NCBI GenBank assembly: GCA_002633005.1
Contig: NMRA01000385.1
Location: 189,839-253,838 of the forward strand
Length of the DNA stretch: 64,000 nt
Direction of reading: 5' to 3'
From: Phoronis australis
Lineage: Eukaryota > Animalia > Phoronida
Shown here: one piece after another, positions 12,101 through 24,100 of the stretch
Layout: every line of letters begins with the position of its first letter
Numbering within the stretch: the stretch's first letter is position 1
Notes under the pieces: model-generated
What the model was told of the DNA's origin: nothing
Databases searched by the model: none
Seen by the model: the letters and a program-made list of their open reading frames with translations, nothing else
Made by a program: the position numbers and the translations under genes

Positions 12101-15100
12101 GTTAAATTACTTCAGTATGCTATAGACTACCCAGATGTAGTAGGGCAAAAGTGCAAATTGAAAAAAATGGTTGAGTATTAATTTGTTATTTTTATGAAAA
12201 ATTCTCTAATTCAAGCATGGGAAGATATGATCAATTTTAAATGAACTTTGTTGACAATTTACCATTTTTGATTCATGGTCCAAACTCTTTAATGTCGATG
12301 AAATTGCTTTATTTTCTTCATCTAGATAATAACGTGTTGTTTATTAATTTATGTTAGGGTCAACAACAAAAAGAGGTTGGCATGAAGTTCATCTCAGCTC
12401 TAAGTAACTTGCTGGAACCATTTGAATATCTGTTCAAGCCATTGTTTGACTTGTATAAATCTGTCCTGGCTGTCTACTACAACATAAAAGACATTATCGA
12501 CACCATAAAGACATAGTAAGTGTTTGCTGTTACTGATGGTGGTGGTAGTGGCAGTTGTGGTGAGAATGGCGATAATAACGGGGGCATTTGCGATGAACAT
12601 ATTATGTGCCATTGTTACCAAAAATTCACAAACAAAATTTTGGAAATGGTTATAAAAAGAATTTGATCTAAATAAAAATGTTGCGGAATGAAATTTAAGC
12701 AATTGAATTTTCCTAATTTTTCAATCCATTTTTGTTGTTTGATTTTAATCTTGCTGAATATGGTTTCTTTTTTGTTTTTTTATTGAAAAGTTGAATTTTT
12801 TCACAAATGGAATGTATTTTATAGAAATTAAAGCAACAGCAACTCACTCAATATCATTCAAACAAAGAAGTGATCAATTGCTAATTTGAGATATTCATCT
12901 GTAGCGTTACCAAAGCCAAAGACACATTTACTATGCTGTTTGGAGCCAAGTTTCACAAGAAGTTCCCCAGAACCAGACGTAGCGGGGCTGAAGATGAATA
13001 TGGAGATGGCAACTGGCCGTCCACTGCTAATAATTTCTATAGCAACAAAACTGAAGGCATTGGAATTATGCTTCTGGCTGATTCTGGTCAAAAGGTGAGT
13101 TAAACACCAGATTTTTATTTTTTTGTCTGAAGCACTAACTATTTTGTAGAGTCAGAAAATCATTTAAGATTTAATTGCCATTATGGTTTCTTGTTTCTCG
13201 TGAGTGTTTAGAAAATCAAGGAATCCTAAAATAGCTGTGTTAGGTTATCATGATTATGTAAGTCTTAATTGCCAACTGTTTCGCTTTTGGTGGGAATGTC
13301 GCGTGTTCTGCCACAGCATCTACCAGAGACAAGAGCCCAATGCTGGAGATTTACGGATGATGGTAACACATCAAATACAGATTGTAATACAAAGCCAATT
13401 CTTACTGGAGCCATGTTCCACAACTCACTCCACGTTAATTTCCTCTCTGGCAGGTTCCACCTTGTCCAAGCGGCTTGTTGCCTGAGTTGAACTGCTCTGG
13501 TCCTTCTAGCATCCTCTTCGTCTTTCCTTACGTCTTCCTGTACCATCTCCCTTCTCTGTACTTTTGATGCACTACTCCACTGTTGAAAATGGTAGGCTTC
13601 CAGTCCTTCGTGCCCAGCACAGATGTTTCCGACCATATTTCTGTTCAGCAACATGTTTTCTCCTTGATTTACGGCTACTAAGTGGCCATTTTCTTCCCGA
13701 TCGGGTCACAATTCTTGCCTCCCTTACTATAGCATCCCTTGCACTATTTACTGTTTGCACAAGTTTGCACTTAGCCATCTTGATCCCTTTTAATGAAGAT
13801 GACAATGTTAGCTGCAACTCTGCTGTTCTTCCGTACAGACTGACCTGAGTGAAATTTGGAAGAATCCCTAGCCATTTTTTAAACGCTTTGTTCACTTTTG
13901 GTTTTACTCCTTTCACAACAGAGACTGAAATTTCATAGAGTATATTAAATTCCCACATCAATCTGGGCAACAGGCCTGTTGGTAGACCTATGCCTTGAAT
14001 TTTACTGGTAATCCACTCTTCTCTATTCACTGTTAGCCACTGTTTAGTCTGAGCTTCAATCTGTAAGTTGTTGTTATGGTCGCTGAGCAGGTCATCGTAC
14101 CATTTGCCAAGATACTTGATTGTTCCCCACAATCAATGGCATCTGTTCACATTGAATCATCAGCCTTAATCCATTGACAATCTTTCTTGCCCTGATGACC
14201 ATGCTTTGTGACTTTCTTTGTTTAAATGTCATCATACTCCTGGTGGCTGCTTCTTCAAGTGCTGTTAAGGGCCTTTCATACCAACGTCGACGCGTCGATG
14301 GTTTGGGGAGTTGCGGTCAGTATGAACGCTTAACTATGGTCCTGGATCGCAGTTAACAGCTCCAGTTGACATCACAGTTAACAGGTGGATTTAAGACCGC
14401 AGCATCGACGCTGCGGTGTAGTATGAACGCTTAACTCCGGTCCAGTCGAAGTTATCGTCAAGTGGCACTGTTATCGTCAACAGTTACAAGGTAGTGTGAT
14501 CACTATTAGCTGCTTATATTTTGCTTTAATAATAACCAATCGATTTAAAGTTTAATGTCACTTAGCACATGTAAATATTTCCAAATTGAAACATTGAAAA
14601 AAATCTTAGCATGCAACGCTACCTTGCAGTAACTTCGATGACGACAGCGGCACCAACTGCTTACTTCGATGTTCATTAACTACCGAACCCAGTATGAACG
14701 GTCCAGTTAACTGCGCTGTTTTCGTCGACGCTCCAGACCGGAGTTAAGTCAATATGAAAGGGCCTTTAGACCCATCAATGCATGCACGTGTGTCACTGTT
14801 GTAACTGTACGGTCATCCATGTAAGCTTAAATCACATGCCTCGAAATTCCTGTCTCCAGTCTGAGGCCTCTGCTCTGACTTGTAACAAGTTGTTAGCTTT
14901 TTATTTATCAAGAAATTCATTCCCATGATGAAAAGGACTGAAGAAATCGTGCAATTCACCACAATCCTTCGTTTAATGGCGATCCATTCTGTAGTCCTGG
15001 ATCCCCATTGGTAAATCTCAGTTTGATTCCACTGATAATCGCTAATCATTCTCTGGATGCTGTCTGGTAGATGATAATAAATGCTTCACTTCTGGGTTGA

Positions 15101-18100
15101 TGAGCTGATGAGGAATTGACCTTAGAAAACCAATTGATAGCTTTCTGTAAAACAATTGACACAGAGATGTGTCATCTCAATGTGCTGGTGCCATTAAATT
15201 ATGAGCACATCTTTGCCATTTTGTTTTTGACAATTTTTTCTGTATTAGAACATAATTTTGGAGAATTAGGTAGAATGTCCTCTGTTTTTGATAATGGGTA
15301 AGTTGTTTTATTTCCTTATGGAAAGCCTTGAAAAAAATATTTAAATTTATGACCAACATGTGCCCTGGATATATAATAGTTCGTGCGTCACAAACTCCTT
15401 ACCAGACATGAAACAAGACCGGAGTAGGTGATATAAGGTCATTTATTATGACTAATACAATTACAAGTAATAGGTAGTGACAAATATATTAAGTAAGGTA
15501 AAAAATACTAATCGCTGGTAAGATGGGCAAATGAAAAGTACCACAACAGATGTTGTAAGACAGTTCATGCCCATCAACGTAAGGAGAGGAATGAACATGA
15601 AAGAAGTGTAGGACTACGTGCAAGTGCTGTCAGATTTAAATAAACCTTCAGTGAGTTGATGTTATCCTTTGAGATATGAGCAATTTTTAGCTAATTGTCC
15701 CTTCTATACCTAGCAGAAGTGGTCAAATTGTATGTTATTAGCTAGGCTGTGATAAGCAGCCCTAGAAGCATACAATGGCTGCATGTCATTGCTTTGGTGC
15801 TACAGCCACCCATTGTTATAATATTGGTTGAGTATCCTTATTGTACCTTACCTTTACCCCTAAATATATGTAAATGAAACATCATTTGCGATGCACCATA
15901 GGCATATGTCAATGACCCTGCTCTTGTTTAAGCTTTCTCTGCTGCGTTAATGTACTGGACTTTTAAATGCCAGTGAAGTTGTACTGCGGGGCTGTGGGCT
16001 GCAACTTCGTTGGTAGAAATTTGGAAATATTTGACACAGCATATTTGCTTACTGCCTGGACTAACGAGAGTTCATGTGTAACCGTGGCATTGAGGGCAAT
16101 AGTTACTTAGAGGGTCCTGCATTTTTAGAAATAGTTTGATACCTGTTATTTGATGGAGAAAACTGGTTCTCAAAATGTGGGACCCCTGTTATTGATTGTT
16201 ACCAAATTGGATAATTTTATGTAGTCCTGTGGAGGCAGTGTGGTATAAGCTCAAACCGCAGTGGATCATTATGATAGATCCTGCTTGATATTTCATTGAA
16301 CTTGTGTAATCATCACTGGTGGTGTTGCTGTCATTTTGGCGCATCGACATGGGTGCCATTGCAGTGCTGGTTGCATTTTCCTTGTTTTTCCTGTGTCATC
16401 AGTGTTGATGGGTATCATCATCTTGGGTTTTGTTGTCTTTATTGTAGCTGTCACTTTCTTCAGTTGGTTTTGCCTAGTGACGCTCCTTAGAATTCTGCAA
16501 ATTATATTTGTTTTGTGTTGTTTTATTTATATATCTGGATGTATTGTATTTTCACAGTTTTACTCTTGTTGTTATACACTTGTGTCATCTAAACATTATT
16601 ACGGCGTTTTCCCGTTGCTCCCAACTTGTTCGATTCTATAGCCCAACAACAAGTTGGGAAGTTTACCCACGTAGCCAATATCTTACACGACTGATTAACT
16701 CCATACTGGCATTCATGGTTGGAGGGCCAGCTTTCTTTTGTTCGATAATTGCTCTAATCTCCAATAAGATCGTGACTGGGCTGTGGTGTTAAATATAAAA
16801 GTTAAGTTATAACATATCTGAACATGAACATTTCTGAAATCTTCATCAAATGGTGATCATGTTTAGTTTTGGAATCGCCAAAATCGCCCAACTGCAACCG
16901 AAGTTACGACAATCTATTCTTTCCAAATACACCAATTCACTCTGGGTTTGACATTGTTTACATGTGGTCAGTAATGAGCCTAGTAGATAATTGGCCTGCC
17001 TGTTGTCATAAAAGACAAAGGACTGCACTTGGAAGTTAACAAAGAAGTTAGATGTTATCACACGCTCACCACCCCCTACGTCTGGTCAAGTCACTGAATG
17101 GGAAAACGCTGTCATGAAAAGATTGAAATCACTGTGAACATGTAGTCCTTTATTTAGAATACAGAACTTTATTTCTTAATCACAAATACAGTTGTGTTGC
17201 ACACTGAATAATTGTGAATTGTTGTGGTTTTGTAGGTTGTCGCTCCAGTGACTGGTGTTTATTACTATGAAAAACTTCCTCGCGAAAGAATTCGAATCGA
17301 ACCTACGAAAGGCAGTCTAAAGAAATATGTCATCTTTTTGTACAACGTGAAGTATCTCAGAACGTATGTACTGACAAGTGTTTCAGAATCATTTAAAACT
17401 TAGTGAGGGAATGTTCACAATTATTACCATTATCACAAGTGTACAGACCTCACGTTTTTCCTTGACAGCTCTCTCTCCCCCAAAGCGTAAAAAGACAGCA
17501 ATATTTTTGTAAATATCTAACCTGTTTGACTCCAGGACCTGTAAAAACTACAAATGTGCATGAAAGTTAATTGCAAGTGTTGCCTTGGACGGTGACGTGG
17601 TATAGGAGGGGTAGGCGTATACATGAGCACGGTCTTATCCCAAATGGAGTTTGTAGTGCTGGACATTGAAAGACTGCAATAGACATGTGATATTTTTGTG
17701 TGACAATCCCCATCTAAGCTTGACTGTGTGTTTATCATTACCACTTACACTATTTAGCTATGGTTTAATTATTTTGTTTCTAATTGGCCTGCTTCAACTG
17801 AAAAATGCCGTTTCCAATCTAGTGTAAAAAAATCTGCGATGTGGTCGACTGACAACCCGGGGAGTGAAAAATTGGCTGGAAGGGGATGAACGAAGAGAAG
17901 AATAAAAAGTTTGCTAACCAAAAATTTTGCATCTTCCATTTAGTTGCTTTATGGGTATGGAACATCACGCTTAGGAAATATTGAGGGGGAAATGTATTGG
18001 AATAGGAGAATATTGGTTCTCAGGAAATATCGTAAAGCACCAAGTCATTTATAACTGCCGAATTTCTAAGTTCTCTGTCAAATTAAAACCCGGTCGCTTA

Positions 18101-21100
18101 ACACAACAAACTGATATGCGTGTCTTTTTCGGACGACTGGTGCTTTTCTCTTTTGATGTTATGCTTTGGAGTGTTGTGCATACTGGAATATACATTGCCA
18201 AGCAACATCTGATTGAGATAATGACTTCTCCATATGAGCACACTCAGTCCCAGAACCAAGTGTTTGAAAATTTCTCAACTGCTCTGTTGAAAGACAATTA
18301 ATGTAAGTGGTGGCCGTTGTTTGGCTATTGATATTTTTTGCCATTTTCACGTTACTTTGCTGTTTTTTGCGATACAAAATGAGATGCAAATCGAAATGGA
18401 CGTTACTTTACGACATTTCCAAATTGCGTTCCTCTACCAGGACATTGCACGCAAGCATGGGGACATGGCCATAGGTCGAGCCTCAGTACGATATTGTCTT
18501 GGAGATTTTGTAATTGCATAATCGTGACTTCTTACATGAAAATAAATCTGTTTTTTCTACCACAAAGCATTGATAAGTTGATCGTTTAAGAATAGATGAA
18601 GCATTGCTGCTTTGTGATGTTGTGTTGCCAATTATGCTGTTGTCGGAAAGTTTCTTCAGCTCATCCGAAAATTTAAATAAGTTGCCAAAAACTCGCCAGT
18701 GAAACATGTCTAAGATCAATTTTGCATCATCTGGTGGTCACGCGACATGTTTAAAAAGTCATCAAGAGGATTGTTCTCTGAAGTGTTCTTTAAAACTTGA
18801 TTTGGCAACAACCTAACAATGGCCAAATTCGCTCGAGTTGCTTTTTGTGTGCCAGGTATCTGCTTAGAAGTGTAAAAACTTGGCTAGCATACATTGAAAG
18901 TTACATGTTTTATGTAGCAACTTGATACAAGCTAGCCAAAATCTCAGCTCGCGTCATGTCGAAGGCTGGTATTTTGATTTTGCCTGGTTAGATCTTGTGA
19001 CATTGCTGCGATTGGTTGTTTTGTTCTGTTTTTCGATGTGGAAAAGTAATTAAAAAGGATGACTTTTGTAATTTGACATCACCATTCTCATCGTGTCAGA
19101 AGCTTAAACTGTGTTAGCAACAAACCCTCAACCCAAAAGCCTGTGCATTGTTCAGTTGTGGAAATGGTGATAGTTGTGAACGAATCCAATTCAAGTAATC
19201 ACATTCTTATGCCTGCAGATTCAACTTCTGTTCTTATTCCTTTACTTCAGTCTTTAATGCAGCACTGCAGAAATATTCAGTGTTGATTGTATATTAATCT
19301 GTTGTTAGATGGCCTGCTTTCTTTTATCAAACAGGGCAGTTAAAGTTGAGGGGAAGCCAGCAAAGGCTGGTGAGCTAATTGGACATATGGAGACATCCCC
19401 CGGTGACAGCCAAAAGAACTTCATGTTTGTCAGTGTGCGCAAGGTGCCCAGAAGCTATCGCAGAATGAGTTTTTACCTGAAAGTGAAAGAGCTGCAGAAG
19501 GATGGCGAGTGGGTGGACCCTACTAAATACACGGAGAGGAACTCGCTCTTTCCCACTTGGGTGCAGGTGAGGAATTGTGGCAGTTCACTTAGTGAGGATC
19601 CTGGAATGTGAAGTGAACCCTTTCTCTCAGGAGACACAGCAAGAAGTTCTCTGACCTTATGGGACAGAAACATTGTGTTGATGTGCAGTGTTCTTTTATA
19701 TTTAACAGTTTTGTTGACCAATATCATTCCAGTGGTTTTCTTTTTGGGAAGTACACTTATAAGTTTGCAATATTTTCTGTGAAACATCCCCCTTTGCCAA
19801 GTGACATTTAATATCACCTTGGGGTTGTCAAGTTCTATCCTTGACAGCATGTAGGCATTACTTATGATAATAATAATAATAATAATAAACTTTATTCATA
19901 GAGGATAAAATACATTAGATATAAAAGCATGCTCTTAGCCAATGGCTAAGATACAGCATGGTCCTGTATATCAAAAATGAAATTAAATAAATTACGATAG
20001 ATAAAAGATTAAATTAAGTTTCATGATATTAGAAAGAGTACTTGACAAATTTAATTCACAAACTGAATTAAAAATAAATAAATTAATAAATAAATCAAAT
20101 AAAATTAAATAAATAAATTAAATAATTTAAAATTTAATAAATAAATAAGTCAAATCAAATTATATGAAATTAAGTTAAATTTCATTTAAACTTTAAAACT
20201 GTTATATGGTATATACATTGAAGAAACGAAAGGAGGAACAGCTAAGATGACCAAAGGTAACTGACGAGTTTGAGTCTCAGATCATAACTGTCAGCCTCCT
20301 TTAGGCTATTTGACAAGTATTCACCAGTGATGCCTGATGTAATGGCACGTTTTGTAAATTCCATCAAGGTCTTCTGATCATAAATTGGCAGCTGAATTAA
20401 GCATTTGAAGAAAGTGGCATTTTCTTTAGGAATTCCAAAGGAAAATACCAAAGTTACCTTTTTCTATGACCTATGGTGTAATCTGGTGACGAAAGCCTCT
20501 GATTTGTCTCTTCTTCCAGGAGTGCAATGACCGCTCAATCACAATCCTGGGCGTGCGGATAGATGCTGGTTCGTTTGCAGATGACAAAGATTCTAAGGCC
20601 AAGACGGTGCAGCGAGACATGCAAAGAAGTCAAGATGAATTCATGAACAGGTTAAAAGTGTGCTGTGTTCTGTAGATGCAAAAATTCTATGGGTAAAGAT
20701 AGTATTTTGAGACGCTTAAATTACTTGTAATACATGCCGATATTTCAAAAGCTCCTCTATAACGCAAAATTTTCGTGATAGAATCTCAAGAGTTTTAGGG
20801 ACTATAAACTTTATGCTTTTATCAGCAATTTCAATACAGACTGTAGGGGGAATAAACATGGTAATTACGCCTGGTATATTAATGGAACTTAACGCCATCA
20901 GGTCATGTGAATTGGCGTGAAATCGCATGTTATTGGTCAAACAAAGGTTTGTGGTTTTCTCAGGAGTTTCCACCGACCCAAAAGTGAGGAGAGGTTTTTC
21001 GGGTTGGTCTATCACGACCAAAACGTGTTCTGCACAATGCATTTTGATTGTGTACTTGTGCAGTCTGCTCTCCACCTATGTCACCTGATTGGAGTATTGT

Positions 21101-24100
21101 GAACTTTTTTCTTGAGAATAAACCAAAATGTCAATCAGTAAGTCATTGTTTACATATGCGCTGATTTTAAAGTTCGTTCTGATATCTCAAAAGTTTTGCA
21201 TGATCATGTGTTTTTGCAAAGCTCTGGCAACTGCGGAATGCAACCGCGGGCTGTGGCATTCTGGCTACATGAACTTTGAAGAATTATGAGTTTGATACTC
21301 TGCACTCAAAAGGTAAATTACATGCAAGTTGATGATTTTGCTAGTATGAAAATAAAAATTTAATGTAGAAATTTCATGGTTTATATTTTTGTCCCCTAAA
21401 ACATTAGATTGTTGTTAAAATTATACAAATGCGGTCTGACCCTTGGTTCAATTTGTGCAGGTATCGAGCCCCTGAGCCACCTTACCGACCAGCCAATGTG
21501 GATATGAGAGCACAGCGCCCTCTGTCAGAACAACTGAAAGGTGTCATTGATTTTGTCAATGATGTCAAGGCGTTGCTTGGAGGAGAGTAAGTTAAGCTAT
21601 ATGTAGGCGGCGCTTTACTAGATTTTTTTTCAAATTATTGAATATTAGGTTTGAGGGCTTCAAATTTTTAAGGGTATATCCTTGATTTTTTGTACTTTCA
21701 AAAATTATAAGTTTGTAAAACTTGAAGTGGATCAACTAGTATGTATCCAGTAGCATACAGAGTTTTGGTCATGTCCAGGGAGATTTTTTATTGGATGGCC
21801 CTTTCTCTACTCAAATGCATGGACTCTAGTACAAAGAAAAGGGAAAATATGAAACATAAAATAGAAACTTTATTCAATTTAACTTACTACAAGTCTGTCA
21901 CAATTTCAAAAAGTTTATTCACAGTGGTTGGATGCCCTAGGCATGTGGATGCTTGGTGCCATTGGGACGTGGCCCCCCCCCTTCCTCATACTACTGTATT
22001 TGTCCCATCCTCTAACAGACCATATCCGTTTACTTTGTCTGATTTTGTGCTAGTGCTGCAATGGTGTGGAAACTAATAAAATGATAATTATCTTTTCTGT
22101 ACTACTACGAATCTTTTGATGAAAAGTGTGACTTTCAAAAGAGTAAAGCTAGTTTTGCATGGAGATTTACTTAATATGTAAAAGTACTGCATTTTTACCT
22201 TGCTTCATGTCACTCATTCATTTTTGTTGGAATCAATGACAAAATGGCTGTTCTGTCATAATGTGTTATCCAGCACATCGAGGATTTGGAAAATTGCTGA
22301 AAGATTTGATGTCGGTCACTACACACTACGATTTGTTGTGGATCTGTTCAAGAAGAAAAAACTTGTGGACAGAGTGGATGCCCTGACCATAATAATCAAG
22401 AAACTGCAAGTTTGTGCTGGTGAGCAAATATATGACCTTTGATCTATGTGAATGATTTCTTGTGCGAATGGCAAATAACAAGAAATCCATGTATTGTCAA
22501 GTATAATAATGTGATCAATTATTTTACAATGTTGTCAGAGATTTACTGTGAGTTTGTTTAAAAGGTAGCTATGCTTTGAGATTGTGCATAGATGGAGAGT
22601 GAATAATAAACCCAGTGATTAATTTATTTTATGATTACCACAAATAAGACAAGTGACACCTGTTGTTAATTAAGTAATCAATTACAAAGAAGAGTAACTA
22701 CGCTAGCGCCCTCTTTAAAGCTAGGACTCTCCACTTGTTGGATGACTGTCCTGTTGATGAATCTTCGAACTGCACACACACACTGTATTGCGACAGTGTA
22801 CTTGCTGGTCACCGTCTCTGGTGATGTAAAACTTGTAGGCAGTTTATTCTACCCACGATTCTTATTGCTGGTCACAGTCTCTGATGATGTAACACTACAG
22901 GCAGTATCTTACTACCCACAATGCAAGTGACAAGCTCATAGTTACCTTTCTGTTTGTTAACCCTTTCCGTTGCCAAGATCCTCGCTAGAATCTTCCACGA
23001 GATGTCTCTGTTGTATAATTTCCTCTGTACACTGTAGCAAGTCTTTATGCTTTAATTACTGTTGCTCATCTGAATTATCTTCTTGATTTTAGCTCATATT
23101 ATAATATTCTACTTATTTAGTGATTGGCTATTAAAAACCACATGATCTTATCTAATCACATCATTGGCAGTTATGATTTGTTTTCAGAATTTTCTAGAAT
23201 CTCTAGAGTGCTTTGACCCCAGAGCCCAAAGTTGTAAACACCATCTAAAAATGGATTTTGCAATTAAAATACATGTTAACAAGTTTGACCCCATGATTTA
23301 AAAGTGCATATGCTTAAATTTTGGGCAACTTAAAATGGATCTATTCTTACTAATTTCTTAATCAATATTTATTCTGACAAATAAGCCTTCCTCAAGAAAA
23401 TACTTGAATACTTGTTCTTAAGATTTTCTCAACATAGAAGACTTAAATATTGATTAACACTTAGACCTCTTACCCTATTTCCAAGACTCTTCAATACTCT
23501 AACCTACTCAGGTAATCAGCACCAACATTTTCTGAGCCTCTGATAGCTTCAACCTTGAATCAATGGTTTTGCAAAAACAAGGCCTACCTCATGATGTGTC
23601 CATTGACGAACTTACTTTTTTTGAATGTAATCCAAGGGTTGATGGTCAGTATGAATGATGAATTCTTTACCATACAAGTACTTTGCAAAAGTTCTGATGG
23701 CAAAGACAATAGCCAAGCATTCCCTCTCAATGACTGAGTAATTCCGTTCCCGAGGTAACAATTTCTTACTAGCACATACTACTGGGAACCTGCCATCATC
23801 ACATTCCTGCAACAAAATACAGCCTATACCAGTATCTGATGCATCAGTCTGAAGGATAAAGGGTTTACTGAAATCGGGTAATCTCAGTATGGGTGCTCTT
23901 GTCAGCAGCTCTCTCAGAGTGTCAAACGCATGTTGCTGAACTTCTTCCCTTTTCACAGTGTTAGGTTGTTTCTTCTTTGTGAGCTTTGTAAGCAGGACGG
24001 CGATTTCAACAAAGTTTGGGATGAACTTCCTACAGTAACCAGCCAACCCAAGAAAAGAAGAAACTTGTTTCTTCATTCTGGGTCGTGGTGCATCTGGAAT

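Noticed and set aside
12886-13098. ORF-track peptide MRYSSVALPK...
   Set aside because: Wrong frame; the splice-consistent frame gives the M23-like peptide.
15360-16000. Possible solo LTR
   Set aside because: LTR-like composition, but no second copy, clear termini or TSD could be fixed.
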